Positions 46,601 through 47,379 of a stretch of 47,379 nucleotides of DNA are shown piece after piece. Made by a program: the position numbers and the translations under genes. Below the pieces are notes generated by a model. It was not told the DNA's origin. It saw nothing but the letters and a program-made list of their open reading frames with translations, and searched no databases. Each line of letters starts with the position of its first letter. Within the stretch, counting starts at the first letter, position 1. The DNA comes from Macrostomum lignano. Taxonomy: Eukaryota. The stretch lies in the NCBI GenBank assembly GCA_002269645.1, contig NIVC01004393.1, positions 1 through 47,379 on the forward strand, written 5' to 3'.

Positions 46601-47379
46601 CATCTACCGACTGAAAACATCAAGGAGTTGCCGCTGTTGGCGCAAGCGCTGGAACGAAGATTAAATTGGCATAGCCGCATTCGGACTGCACCAGGTGTCT
46701 TTGCATGACATCTTTATCCGGCTAAAGGATTTCCCGCCTGGTGAAATTGAAGGACCTATTTAGAAAAGAGGCGGCGGATCGGGTTGCTAGGCGAAGGCGA
46801 AGGAGCGAGGAAGACGCCAGTAACCAACTCAAAAGAAGAAAACGGTTGCAAACGCTTCTTTCTTCTGATCGAGAAAACCCTCAACCCGTCGAATATGCAA
46901 AACTTTCGTGCCCTAAATACGTGTTTAATTTGATGCGACTGCTTCGCCCTCAAAGACGCGATTGATTAGCCGAATCGGCATTCCTCTGGCAATGCTGCTC
47001 ATTCTCATCTCTTTGGCCGTCATTGAGAAGCGCCAAGGAAACTTAAAACTAAAAATTCGAAACAATCTAAAACTCTGGCGACTCGTTCAAGGGAACGGAT
47101 TTGTCTGTTGAATCAAACTCGGGATAAACTTATCGGCGAGCACCTGCGCTCAGATGCTCACGGGAAAGTCGGACAATGATACGATTCACACATTCTACGC
47201 ACTGCCATTCCTATGGAAGGCCTCAGAGAGTATTTAAAGCAACCTTCGCAATAATTCAGTTCAGATCTATCTAGTGAGGGGTAACTAATCTGCAATCCGG
47301 CTGCCAGTCGTCTACTCAAGCGAGCTGGAACAACGGATCTACTTAATAGCGACAGAAAAATTTCTGTTGAGATCGTTCC
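43676..47379 (+). CDS. ABCA-subfamily transporter, paralog 3, 5' part; many frameshifts; continues beyond the window
   Basis: Colinear with paralog 2 (LYLDFVMASGNG, NNVS|GCIYEHQITAIVGHNGSGKTT, CPQENSLC, LLDEPTSGVD, STQAMD). Intron 45161-45869. Frameshifts near 44345, 44544, 44725 and 46357, and several more after 46420. Confidence 0.85.
45186..45741. mobile_element. Probable solo LTR (556 bp) in ABCA paralog 3 intron 1
   Basis: TGTAAG...CTCACA termini (5/6 inverted match) with 4-bp direct repeat TTTA at 45182-85 and 45742-45. Explains why this intron is 709 nt versus 77 and 147 nt in the paralogs. Confidence 0.6.

Noticed and set aside
43676-47379. ABCA paralog 3 as a pseudogene
   Set aside because: Breaks are mostly homopolymer indels and restored frames align to paralog 2 without nonsense substitutions in the parts I checked; assembly error is more likely, though unproven.

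Overview
This is animal genomic DNA with spliceosomal introns and very dense mini/microsatellites, not a prokaryotic window. The style resembles the flatworm Macrostomum lignano, but that is inference only. No CRISPR array, rRNA gene or intact tRNA gene was found. Host genes: a divergent class-A GPCR, three same-strand ABCA transporter paralogs (the third runs off the window), an orphan F-type-lectin exon, a secreted C-type-lectin/PAN-like gene, an ANKAR-like ankyrin/armadillo gene and a GT92 glycosyltransferase. Mobile DNA: a full-length LOA/R1-group non-LTR retrotransposon (APE-RT-RNase H) inserted inside a 16-bp G-rich minisatellite with a 12-bp target duplication; a Penelope-like fragment with a hammerhead ribozyme, inserted in a 21-bp minisatellite and itself interrupted by a Harbinger deletion derivative; a tRNA-derived CORE-like SINE; a TA-flanked foldback MITE; and a probable solo LTR. 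Most frameshifts are 1-nt losses at short homopolymers, which points to long-read consensus error rather than pseudogenes. Best leads: possible minisatellite targeting by the retrotransposon, paralogous ABCAs with opposite ATPase sites degenerated, and a minisatellite made of a gene's own stop-codon end. Family assignments come from motif recognition by eye; no database searches were run.
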